From Candidatus Saccharibacteria bacterium QS_5_54_17 (lineage in GTDB: Bacteria; Patescibacteriota; Saccharimonadia; QS-5-54-17), in contig PXOU01000018.1 of NCBI GenBank assembly GCA_003022365.1, forward strand, positions 75,964 through 139,963: DNA of 64,000 bases, in the 5' to 3' direction. Below are positions 9,674 to 21,126 of this stretch, one piece after another. A program made the translations under genes and the position numbers. Below the pieces are notes generated by a model. That model was not told where the DNA came from, searched no databases, and worked only from the letters and a program-made list of their open reading frames with translations. The first letter of the stretch is position 1. Each line of letters starts with the position of its first letter.

Positions 9674-11230
9674 ATGGAACGGAAAGTACCGGGACCATTA
9701 GCACAGGACGAATTCGGTAATTTCACCGATCCGGAAACCTATGAGAATAATGTCCATTTACTCTATGCCGAACCCGGAGATATTAATTACACGTTGAACT
9801 TCATGGAGGCAGCAGGAGCGCGGACTGGCCATTGTCAGGAAACACTTACCCAGCTCTCCTTGCAGAACCAGCGCTTAGGACGTATGTTGCATGACAGTCT
9901 CCACGATTGCCGGAACCAGCATCAGCAACTGATGGCTCAACGGGAACTCCGCGATAGTTACGAAACCGAGGACCTCCACACGCTTCAGGAGTGCACCGAG
10001 CTTTTTGCTACCGTTTCCAACATTCCCCTCGAACTGGCCGAAGCTCCCCAGAAAGGGTTCGCCGTGGCCGCCTTGCGGGACCAATACTCTAAAACCAAGA
10101 CCGGGAGGATGCTCCCGTCAAAACGTTCCCGGGAACACAAACCAGTAGCTGAGCTAGCCTCCAAGAAACGGTTCGACACCGAAGAACTCATGGACACTTC
10201 TTTGCAGACTACTGCCGAACTCCTTTTGCAGTTGGAGTTTTATTACAATGCCATGAACCTGTGCCAACTCATCGATCTGCCTGATTATCTCCGGCGAGAT
10301 TACTCCGTTAAGAAGACACTCCGACGTGCCGTAAAAGCTTATGGGGAACCGGTTCAATTACCTGGCGGCGAAGTGTCAGAGCTTATCCAGAACCGGCGTC
10401 GGCCTCACCAGCCCGCCCGGAACACCATAGCCGCTTTAGTTAACGACGAGTCATTCGCCCGCCATGAACCGGATACCTATGCTCGAGTAGCCACCTTCGC
10501 GAAACTGGATCAACAATGGACGGAGCGAATGTTTACCTATATAGAAAAAGCCGATGCCCTTTTCGGCGAGGCACCCGCCGAATCAACGTCTCACTCCGTA
10601 GGCAAAACAGCAGTCGCGGCCGCGGAAACGACCGAAACGGAGCAGCCCCCCCCTGCTTCCTTAGAAAATCAGACTACCTCCACCCCGGAATCTCACCCCG
10701 AACAAAACGCCTCAAGCGACAAACTCGGGCCATACTACGCTGAGTTATTCCAGGAAGCCGACCGGATATCGGCTGAATACACCCAGCTGGTAGAAAACTG
10801 GCAAGTCACCTCCAAAACACTCCGAAATTACGGATTCAATCCCCTCACTCATAGCATGGTAACCGGAGAAACGTTAGACGAAGTTCCCGACGTCGACGGC
10901 ATTCCCAAGGAAGAAGCCCAGAAAGTCGCCGGCATTCTCTGCTCACTCATGTTCAGGGAGCAACATCAAGCCATGGCAGCGGATATCCGGGCAGAACTGC
11001 AGCGACTCCAGAACATGGAAAACCAACTACAGCAATGCTACAGCGAGCTGCAAACCGCCGCCCATCAGCTCAAAGAGTCAGTGCCCACCAAGCCGGCGAC
11101 CATGCTCGGCGAGGATCTCCAATGGATCCACGATAACTGGTCCGGCCTGGAAGTCATGATGCAAACCTTTGCCGCCCGGACCGGTTTCCCGCTCAAGTTC
11201 GCTCGGGACGTGTTCGCTCCCTCCGAATAA
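9674..11230 (+). CDS. Hypothetical protein, 518 aa, helical
   Basis: Long ORF with GAGAGG RBS and TTGACT/TATAGT promoter-like motifs upstream. Confidence 0.8.
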   Translation: MERKVPGPLAQDEFGNFTDPETYENNVHLLYAEPGDINYTLNFMEAAGARTGHCQETLTQLSLQNQRLGRMLHDSLHDCRNQHQQLMAQRELRDSYETEDLHTLQECTELFATVSNIPLELAEAPQKGFAVAALRDQYSKTKTGRMLPSKRSREHKPVAELASKKRFDTEELMDTSLQTTAELLLQLEFYYNAMNLCQLIDLPDYLRRDYSVKKTLRRAVKAYGEPVQLPGGEVSELIQNRRRPHQPARNTIAALVNDESFARHEPDTYARVATFAKLDQQWTERMFTYIEKADALFGEAPAESTSHSVGKTAVAAAETTETEQPPPASLENQTTSTPESHPEQNASSDKLGPYYAELFQEADRISAEYTQLVENWQVTSKTLRNYGFNPLTHSMVTGETLDEVPDVDGIPKEEAQKVAGILCSLMFREQHQAMAADIRAELQRLQNMENQLQQCYSELQTAAHQLKESVPTKPATMLGEDLQWIHDNWSGLEVMMQTFAARTGFPLKFARDVFAPSE

Positions 11231-11346
11231 CGCTGCTTGGTTGCCTCTTACGGTATCAAGCGCAACTAGATTGCCTATTCGGGTGAGTTTTTTGGTTTAT
11301 TAGGGGATCACTGACCGGTTAACCCCCAGTTTTTTATCGAATGATT

Positions 11347-12459
11347 CTACTCAAGGCAAAAAGCGAAGTCCGCATTTTCAATCGTCGGTCCCGGGTACTG
11401 GTCAGGGAAGCAGTGGGATTCAGTATAGTAAGAAAACTGGTTTTCAATGGGAGCCGCCAATAATTCGGCCTTTGGTAGTAGTTGCCGTATTCGCCCTTCA
11501 TCCTCGATGCTGACTGCTGTGTTTTGCTTGGCGTCTATGACAGCCAATCGATCGTCGATAGCAACGGCCACGCGCTGGCCGGGCAATGCGTATACCTCCC
11601 TGATGCGGAATGGCGTCCTGCTCAGCACGTTACCGAATATGGTCGGGGCTTTGGTAGATACGCGTATTAATGCCGAGCCATCAAGGTCCAGTTCGCTGCT
11701 CCGGCCACGCGCGAATACGTCCTCCATAGCGGGGGTGGCGGTGAAATCAGTTCGGCTGTCTCCGATCAAATCGGAATGTTGCTGGGAATCATGTCTTTTA
11801 AGGTAGATGCTGAGCGTGTCGCTCCTATTGGCAACAGCCGGTTTCAGGGTCAGGTAAAGACGCCAGCGCTCCTCGCCCATGGTAAATGTGACCAACACCG
11901 TATGTTCGCTGCTTAGTATAGTCGAATCGTAATCCCTGCGGCTGATCCGGTTTTCATCCAAATTGTAAGGAATAAATTGGGCGGTCGCAGCGGAAACGCC
12001 TTGATTTTTTCGCAATAAAAGCCGGTTTTTATATACACCTGCTACTTCATAATCTTTGATGCTGCCGCCGCGATACGGAAGGGCCCGAGTGCTTTGTGCT
12101 TGTATGTCATGAATGTAGAGTTGATGGTCTTGCTGGTAAAACACGCGGTCATCGTATTTATCGAAAAATATATTGGTGTACTCGGCGGTGGTTTTTATGG
12201 GGGGAATTTTCTCAAGCGGCAAACGCTCATTTTGACGGGTGAGCGCGATGAAGGCACCGTTATCGTTACGGAAAATCTTGATCGGGCGCGGCAATTCCCC
12301 TAAGTACGTCTCCAGATTATCATCACGATACATGCTTTGGCGGAAATCTTTTTGGGTGTATATGAACAAAGCCGTTCCGGCCAGTGCTGCCAGGCAAATA
12401 GTAACAATGGCTATGAGTACCTTCTGATAGGCGCTTAAATCAGCAACGGGTCTGATCAT
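11347..12459 (-). CDS. Hypothetical membrane-anchored protein
   Basis: N-terminal TM helix, beta-rich remainder; ATGA overlap with upstream gene. Confidence 0.75.
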   Translation of the reverse strand: MIRPVADLSAYQKVLIAIVTICLAALAGTALFIYTQKDFRQSMYRDDNLETYLGELPRPIKIFRNDNGAFIALTRQNERLPLEKIPPIKTTAEYTNIFFDKYDDRVFYQQDHQLYIHDIQAQSTRALPYRGGSIKDYEVAGVYKNRLLLRKNQGVSAATAQFIPYNLDENRISRRDYDSTILSSEHTVLVTFTMGEERWRLYLTLKPAVANRSDTLSIYLKRHDSQQHSDLIGDSRTDFTATPAMEDVFARGRSSELDLDGSALIRVSTKAPTIFGNVLSRTPFRIREVYALPGQRVAVAIDDRLAVIDAKQNTAVSIEDEGRIRQLLPKAELLAAPIENQFSYYTESHCFPDQYPGPTIENADFAFCLE

Positions 12460-12728
12460 GTTTTATACCAAGGTACTATAAGAATGCTATTAAGAATAAT
12501 GTAGCCCAGTGTAAAGCATGCCAGGAACAAGAGGAGCATGAATTGCCGTTGCGTCATTTTTCCTTGCATGGCGCGGGAGAGTACCCACGCGGTCACCGCG
12601 ATCAGCGCCGCCGCTACGACGGCGTTGAGCGGCCAATCCATGAACCATACCGGTGAATGCTGATAATACCGGTACGGAATACCGACCGCCAGCGTTGTGA
12701 TCTCCATGCTCATCGGATGCATCAGCAT
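12456..12728 (-). CDS. Small integral membrane protein
   Basis: AAGGAG 5 nt before ATG 12728; two hydrophobic helices. Confidence 0.6.
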   Translation of the reverse strand: MLMHPMSMEITTLAVGIPYRYYQHSPVWFMDWPLNAVVAAALIAVTAWVLSRAMQGKMTQRQFMLLLFLACFTLGYIILNSILIVPWYKT

Positions 12729-12738
12729 ATCCGCTCCT

Positions 12739-13605
12739 TCATATAAACCACGCCAATGCATCGATGAATATTACGACGTAGAATCCCGCGAAACACAAAA
12801 TAGCCCACGCCCCGGACACCTTAACGCGGCTTCCATATACCAGGAAGTGGACGAGCTGTGTAATCACCCAGAGTACCGCGGTAACAGCCAGCGGCACCAA
12901 CACCAGAGCACCAAGCGGATATGAGTATAAACTGAAAAGATTCCCGGCGGTAAATACTTGCCCCAGCATGAACGTCATAGCCGCCAAGGTAGCCAAAACA
13001 ATCCCAGTAATCAAAAGCACACGGAAAAACATGATTGCCAGGCGGCGTAATTCCGGGCTGTCCCGGTTCAGTAGTGCGGTCAATGAGCTAATTTTACCCC
13101 CGTACGTAGGTGGTTTCTGCCATACCCAGGAAAGGCACAAGAGCATAGCTAACGTAACGATCACCACATAGAAGCCTATTTGTATTCGCCGCATCTGTAT
13201 GTCTTCTTGGCTGCTGATCTGATGCGTTTCATATTCTCCGCCGGGGTGTGAGATGATCAATGTATTACCCTCAGTGGTGATGTGGTCGCCATCACGTGCC
13301 GAGGGACTGGAGTTCGCCAGCAACCTATTCCCGGAATCCGAAACCGAAGCGTCACTGCTCGCGCCCCTGGTAATCTCGCGTTTTTCCACCAGTCGCTGGG
13401 TTATAAAATTGGTGATTTCCCGTGGTTCCTGGCCGCCCCTGCTCAACAAACTCTGGAACGTATCCGCTTCCTGGACCGCGTAGTCATCATAGTCGAACCG
13501 ATAGACCTCAGGACTCCATACGGCCAAAGAAGCAATGTACACCATCAAGATAGCTGCCAAAAGTAGCCACCGGCCTTTACGGGTTTGTCGTAATCTATTC
13601 AGCAT
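12739..13605 (-). CDS. Hypothetical integral membrane protein
   Basis: 288 aa ORF with about five hydrophobic segments. Confidence 0.75.
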   Translation of the reverse strand: MLNRLRQTRKGRWLLLAAILMVYIASLAVWSPEVYRFDYDDYAVQEADTFQSLLSRGGQEPREITNFITQRLVEKREITRGASSDASVSDSGNRLLANSSPSARDGDHITTEGNTLIISHPGGEYETHQISSQEDIQMRRIQIGFYVVIVTLAMLLCLSWVWQKPPTYGGKISSLTALLNRDSPELRRLAIMFFRVLLITGIVLATLAAMTFMLGQVFTAGNLFSLYSYPLGALVLVPLAVTAVLWVITQLVHFLVYGSRVKVSGAWAILCFAGFYVVIFIDALAWFI

Positions 13606-13702
13606 ACCCTAGCCAAATTATACGTATTATTGTATATTTTTCAAAAATTTCCCTATCTGGCCTTGAATGCAACAGGCAGTATGCCGCTGGTGTTGCGGGC
13701 GA

Positions 13703-13881
13703 CGCGATCCACTCTAGAAAATTACAGGGATAAATACATTTGGTGACCCCACGGGGATTCGAACCCCGGTTATTCCGGTTGTACCGGAACGTCCTGGACC
13801 TATCTTAATCTCGCGATCCACTCTAGAAAATTACAGGGATAAATACATTTGGTGACCCCACGGGGATTCGAACCCCGGTTA
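13703..13881. repeat. 70-bp tandem direct repeat, period 109 (tRNA 3' end plus trailer)
   Basis: 13703-13772 is identical to 13812-13881. Confidence 0.9.
13741..13800 (-). pseudogene. 3' tRNA-Glu-derived fragment with replaced anticodon arm
   Basis: GGTCCAGGACG-TTCCGGTACAACCGGAA-TAACCGGGGTTCGAATCCCCGTGGGGTCACCA; lacks the first 16 nt. Confidence 0.85.
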
Positions 13882-13925
13882 CCAGGCTGAGAACCTGGCG
13901 TCCTGGACCACTAGACGATGGGGCC
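13850..13925 (-). tRNA. tRNA-Glu(CTC)
   Basis: 76-nt cloverleaf, anticodon arm CCAGG-TTCTCAG-CCTGG, GTTCGAATC T-loop, CCA end. Confidence 0.97.
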
Positions 13926-14168
13926 GTCAAATGTATTTATTAAAGATTCTAACATGGCTCGATCCTTCCATGATTTGAGCTGTTTTTCTCTGCGAACAGC
14001 TTCTGCTCTCGTATTATACGGTTCTTTATAAACGAGAATGACTGGAAGACGGGATTTTGTGTAACGGATTTGGCCATTTTGGTGCCGTTTTAGCCGATCT
14101 TTCAAGTTAACGGTGCTACCGATATAGTAACTGTTATCAGCGGTTTCTAAAATACACGTATAAAACAT
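13911..14168 (-). CDS. Small GIY-YIG nuclease (UPF0213/YhbQ-like)
   Basis: FYTCIL..YYIGST..RLKRH..YTKSRLP..A..REKQLKSW; GPIV* is encoded by the tRNA 5' end. Confidence 0.9.
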   Translation of the reverse strand: MFYTCILETADNSYYIGSTVNLKDRLKRHQNGQIRYTKSRLPVILVYKEPYNTRAEAVRREKQLKSWKDRAMLESLINTFDGPIV

Positions 14169-14180
14169 ATTTATACCCGC

Positions 14181-14228
14181 GTTATTCCCGTTGAACCGGA
14201 ACGTCCTGGACCACTAGACGATGGGGCC
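14181..14228 (-). pseudogene. 5' tRNA-Glu-derived fragment with replaced anticodon arm
   Basis: GGCCCCATCGTCTAGTGGTCCAGGACG-TTCCGGTTCAACGGGAA-TAAC, then a degraded T-arm running into the nuclease ATG. Confidence 0.85.
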
Positions 14229-14305
14229 ACGTGCAGTACCAAGTATAAAGTATTGAGTATCGGGTATAAAAGGGTTTGAGAAGCAGTGTTGTTTACCCTA
14301 GTACC

Positions 14306-14662
14306 TTATTCATTTTTCTCTATTGCGGATTGTATCTTATGAGCCAACGCTTCCCACTTTTCTTCCACGCCGGGAAAACCTTTAATATCGACATGGGCAT
14401 CCGGCAACTCTAAATCCGCAAACTCTCCCCCGATTTGATCAAGTAACGAACCTTCTTCTATACCTTTATCATTAAACCATAAGCCGGTCATGGTGCGAGC
14501 GATTTCTTCCCGGCGTTCCGGTTCCTCCCGATAGCTGAGAATCGCCTGTTGCGCCACAGTAAAAAATTCTTCTTCTGTGACTTCATCCTGTTTTTGCAAT
14601 GACTCAACTCGTGCTTTGAATTCATCAAAAGCAGTCAACTTTGGCTCCTTTTCAACCATCAT
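14306..14662 (-). CDS. Hypothetical acidic protein
   Basis: 118 aa ORF at the island edge, E/D-rich and helical. Confidence 0.7.
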   Translation of the reverse strand: MMVEKEPKLTAFDEFKARVESLQKQDEVTEEEFFTVAQQAILSYREEPERREEIARTMTGLWFNDKGIEEGSLLDQIGGEFADLELPDAHVDIKGFPGVEEKWEALAHKIQSAIEKNE

Positions 14663-14784
14663 ATATTAGAGTTTTAATCATAAATACTTATGGGTATGTG
14701 TTCACGATACCAGAAATTGACGTAAGTAAAGATGTATTTACTGAACAAGGGTAAGCTGATTACGGAAACTGGCTCTATTCATCT

Positions 14785-17889
<3,105 letters not shown>

Positions 17890-18005
17890 TACCCCTCAGT
17901 GTAGTCGTTATCTATTAACGAGTCCATGTACTTCTTCTGTATCAATCGCTTGTATACTTAGTTTTGTTTGATTCGCAGTGCTGTCTAACAATATTTAACC
18001 AATTT

Positions 18006-19148
18006 TCACATCTTCACTTTCCCAGACATTAAACGCGGCAGGAGTGAGTCGCGAAGTTCAGCAAGATTGTTAATTTCTAATAGGCAGTTCACGCGCTGTT
18101 TATGTAGCGGTGCAATATACTGGTCAACTTCTTTTAATTTATTATTGCCTGGTATTGAAGCTCTGGCTTCTTTGAGGTGTCTTCTTTGAATATGACCCAT
18201 TGTTGTAGCTTTGTTCGCTGCTGTATCTACAAATTGATTAAGGTGATATTTTGTCCAATAATAGTAAAGCCATTGCGGATACTTATCTGAGGTTACCTTG
18301 AATAAATGTTGGTTGAGGCCGCCATTACCTTCAGTCCAAATTTTTACTTTTAGTGTTCCAGACCAAGAAAAAAGCATATCTCCATTGCAAACTATATATT
18401 TTTCCGGAATATCAGAGGTAACAAAATCGGTTGCATCTGTTATACCTGAATTCAATTCTCTAATTTTAATGACCGGCAAAATATTTTCTGTGTCTTTTGG
18501 TGGATGTTTCTGCATTGCTAGACCATTCAAAAACTCCGCAATGTCATCAAGTGAGAATTTATCCCATTCCTCCGCTTCAGGATTGTCGATAAAGTAGTGC
18601 TTGAAGAGAGCTTGGCCCATTTCCTCCAACGTCTCATTCATCCGCCGATTGAGTTCGATTTTTTGATCTAAACCAGAAAGTACTTTGGCAATTTCTTTTT
18701 GTTCATTCAAAGATGGAAGTTTAAACTCAAAACTTTTAAGCTGATCAGTTTGAACTCTTTGTCTACCTGAAGTTCCAACCATTGACTGTATGGCATATGC
18801 TCTAAATTCTGGAGATCTGCTTAAGTAATAAATAAATTCACTATCTGTTGTATCAGGAGTAGCTCTCAAGACAGTGAATTCTGTTGAGCCTGCAGCTGTT
18901 TCATTATCATCTAAAAAGTCTACAAATGCAGTTTTGCCATTTTCTAAACAAGGAGTAATTCGAGCAAGTAGCGTGTCACCATTTCTAAACTTAGCACCCC
19001 CTTTATATTCTCGAGTTTCAAGGTAAGTAATATTACGCTGAAATGGCTGGACAGCATCCATAGAAACAAATTTCACATCCTCACCTTTTTTAATAGGTGC
19101 TGACGGATTAACTTCTACTACGTCACCAAGCAAAACAGTCTGGCTCAT
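18006..19148 (-). CDS. hsdS: Type I R-M specificity subunit S
   Basis: Two TRDs; LPSLNEQKEI..LDQKIELN and LRDSLLPRLMSG conserved regions. Confidence 0.95.
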   Translation of the reverse strand: MSQTVLLGDVVEVNPSAPIKKGEDVKFVSMDAVQPFQRNITYLETREYKGGAKFRNGDTLLARITPCLENGKTAFVDFLDDNETAAGSTEFTVLRATPDTTDSEFIYYLSRSPEFRAYAIQSMVGTSGRQRVQTDQLKSFEFKLPSLNEQKEIAKVLSGLDQKIELNRRMNETLEEMGQALFKHYFIDNPEAEEWDKFSLDDIAEFLNGLAMQKHPPKDTENILPVIKIRELNSGITDATDFVTSDIPEKYIVCNGDMLFSWSGTLKVKIWTEGNGGLNQHLFKVTSDKYPQWLYYYWTKYHLNQFVDTAANKATTMGHIQRRHLKEARASIPGNNKLKEVDQYIAPLHKQRVNCLLEINNLAELRDSLLPRLMSGKVKM

Positions 19149-19903
19149 TTTTGCCTCTCCGCTTCAATCTCCTCAAGAATCTTTTCTGTCTCTTCTCTAC
19201 TTTCCTTACGGGTTGTTTCAATCTCGCTATTTAATTGTTGCAACTCGTCATGTACACGGTTTCGCTGCTCTTCGGTTAATTTCTTTTTCAATATGCGCCC
19301 AAGCAATCTATTATAGAAAGTCCGTTCATCATTAAGTAATATTCTGGCTTTAGCAATTAAATATTTATTGCCCTCTTCAAGATTACGAAGATAGGCTTTT
19401 AATTCCTTTACGCCTTCTATAAACCTTTCTATATTTTTAAAGTATGTTTCTTGATCGATTTGCTTACTAATGTATGCATTTTTGATATCTCTATAAAATC
19501 TGTTTGTGGCAGCAACTGAACCATTCATAGATTCTACAGACGCCAAAAAAGAAAAATAATCATTTAACAATTCTCGGTTGCCTAGACCCTTGATAATATC
19601 TTTTTCTATATGTAATTCATGCAATTCATTAAAATAGATAAAACCCTGCTGATTTTTTAAATTTCTCTCAGCAATATCGATGTAATCATCTATGATGAAT
19701 TCATTACGAGCTATTATATTCAGGTATTCATTTCCTAAACGCTCAAGTGAAACAAGGGCGTCTCTATGTTTAGCTTTTCTTGCAAAAAGTCTATCCAGTA
19801 GAGTTGCAATCCTGACAAACAGGAAGGCAAAAAAGGCACCTAAAAAAGCATCTAAAGAAATCCCGAAACTTTCTGATCGTATAAATTCATCCAAAAAATT
19901 CAT
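19145..19903 (-). CDS. Hypothetical protein, N-terminal TM plus helical domain
   Basis: AFLGAFFAFLFV helix; ATGA overlaps on both sides; AT-rich. Confidence 0.8.
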   Translation of the reverse strand: MNFLDEFIRSESFGISLDAFLGAFFAFLFVRIATLLDRLFARKAKHRDALVSLERLGNEYLNIIARNEFIIDDYIDIAERNLKNQQGFIYFNELHELHIEKDIIKGLGNRELLNDYFSFLASVESMNGSVAATNRFYRDIKNAYISKQIDQETYFKNIERFIEGVKELKAYLRNLEEGNKYLIAKARILLNDERTFYNRLLGRILKKKLTEEQRNRVHDELQQLNSEIETTRKESREETEKILEEIEAERQK

Positions 19904-20232
19904 CTCTTAAATATTCCTATCATTGAATCGAAAGCATACTTTATAGGTTTGCCTAAAAATTTCGTTGTATTAATAGCAAGAAAACGTTTGCGCCAAGGAT
20001 GTGCAGCTCCGCATTTATGGCAATTCAAAGGCACGGGTTGTTCATTGGGAGTTAAAACAACTACACCTTCAACCTTATATCTACCCCTAATTCTAGAGTT
20101 ACAACTCATGCAACTTGTTGTGGTTTGAGTTCCGCATTTATGACAATGGTCTTGTAAAAATTCACGGTTTAAACCTCTAGAAGTAATTTTGTGACCCTTG
20201 AGGCAAACTTGCATTGTGTCGTATGAGCCCAT
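19900..20232 (-). CDS. DUF2321-like zinc-ribbon protein
   Basis: YDTMQVCLKGH, three CxxC pairs, IRG, C..CG..HPW. Confidence 0.75.
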   Translation of the reverse strand: MGSYDTMQVCLKGHKITSRGLNREFLQDHCHKCGTQTTTSCMSCNSRIRGRYKVEGVVVLTPNEQPVPLNCHKCGAAHPWRKRFLAINTTKFLGKPIKYAFDSMIGIFKR

Positions 20233-20360
20233 TAATCTTTTCTCTCTTTCTGGTCTCTGTCGTCTACTTGCTTTTTTGCATTTTCAGGAAGTGCCTCAAA
20301 CATTTTGCATTCATTTCTCCCTGTCTCATGGCTTTGTACGCAAGGAAAACCGATTGACAT
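20232..20360 (-). pseudogene. Short ORF or C-terminal gene remnant
   Basis: Stop overlaps next ATG (TAATG); MFEALPENAKKQVDDRD recalls DUF4145-protein C-termini (from memory). Confidence 0.3.
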
Positions 20361-20384
20361 AATCGAAATATTCGTGGTAATATA

Positions 20385-20460
20385 ATCTTGATAAGTAATT
20401 CCTCTGTCGTGGGGCTCCGTAAGGTTCCTCGTAAATAGCGACAGAGGTTTTATCTTTTTG
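20385..20460 (-). ncRNA. Candidate DUF3800-associated structured RNA
   Basis: CCTCTGTCG/CGACAGAGG stem (20401-20447) with internal loop and CC-TTAC-GG apical hairpin, just 3' of the DUF3800 gene. Confidence 0.5.
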
Positions 20461-20481
20461 CTCAGCTTGTTCAGAGATGAA

Positions 20482-21126
20482 TCATACAAAGAGTGCATTT
20501 TCTTCCACCACTTTCTGGTTAATGATGTTCGCATACGATTCATCGCCGTGCTCGTATTTCCTGAAGAAGCTCCATGCAACGAAATCTACTGCCTGTAGTC
20601 CTTTTTCTTGCGAAGGAGTAGCGATTTCTACCTGAATGTTAAGTCTATGGTTCTCTTTGGTTTGGCTCTTCAAGTAGGCGCCGAAATTTTCGTTTAGAAA
20701 TTTATTCGTTTCACGTTTGGAAGCCACGAAATGGATGCTTTCATTCAGCGGTACAAGTTTTTTGCTGACCATGCGGTCAAGCAAAATGTTCACCACGTAG
20801 TTATAAAGTACGTGCTTTTCGTCCTGTAGTTTGGTGTACACTTTCTGCTTGTTAAGACGAATGATTAAGATGCTGATGTCCTTTTGGGTGAGGTTGCGTA
20901 GCAATTTAACACGGGTGGTTGGTTTTTCCTTGTAAGCATGAAGCATGCCGTGATGGCTCTTTATTTCTTTTTTAGAAAACCCTGAAAATATCTTTTTGAT
21001 CACTTTCTCAACCGGCCTTTTGTTGTTACAAAAGAGGAAGCTGACAACGAAATATTTGCTGGTCTTTGACTTTGTGAAGTCGAAACCAAGATCGCCGCTT
21101 TCGTCCATGAATACATACGAGCTCAT
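20482..21126 (-). CDS. DUF3800 family protein
   Basis: [13 protein letters not shown]-terminus and [11 protein letters not shown]-terminal motif. Confidence 0.88.
   Translation of the reverse strand: MSSYVFMDESGDLGFDFTKSKTSKYFVVSFLFCNNKRPVEKVIKKIFSGFSKKEIKSHHGMLHAYKEKPTTRVKLLRNLTQKDISILIIRLNKQKVYTKLQDEKHVLYNYVVNILLDRMVSKKLVPLNESIHFVASKRETNKFLNENFGAYLKSQTKENHRLNIQVEIATPSQEKGLQAVDFVAWSFFRKYEHGDESYANIINQKVVEENALFV

Noticed and set aside
12456-13605. Single frameshifted membrane gene
   Set aside because: A well-spaced AAGGAG before ATG 12728 supports two genes; a frameshift cannot be excluded without homologues.
13703-13881. Possible CRISPR array or prophage att site
   Set aside because: Only two units, tRNA-derived, with no unique spacers, cas genes, integrase or phage genes.
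14181-14228. UGA-decoding tRNA implying genetic code 25
   Set aside because: The fragment lacks a T-arm and 3' acceptor strand; der, murB and clpB end at TGA at normal lengths.
18006-19148. Phase-variable hsdS shufflon
   Set aside because: Single hsdS, with no extra TRDs, invertase or flanking inverted repeats seen.
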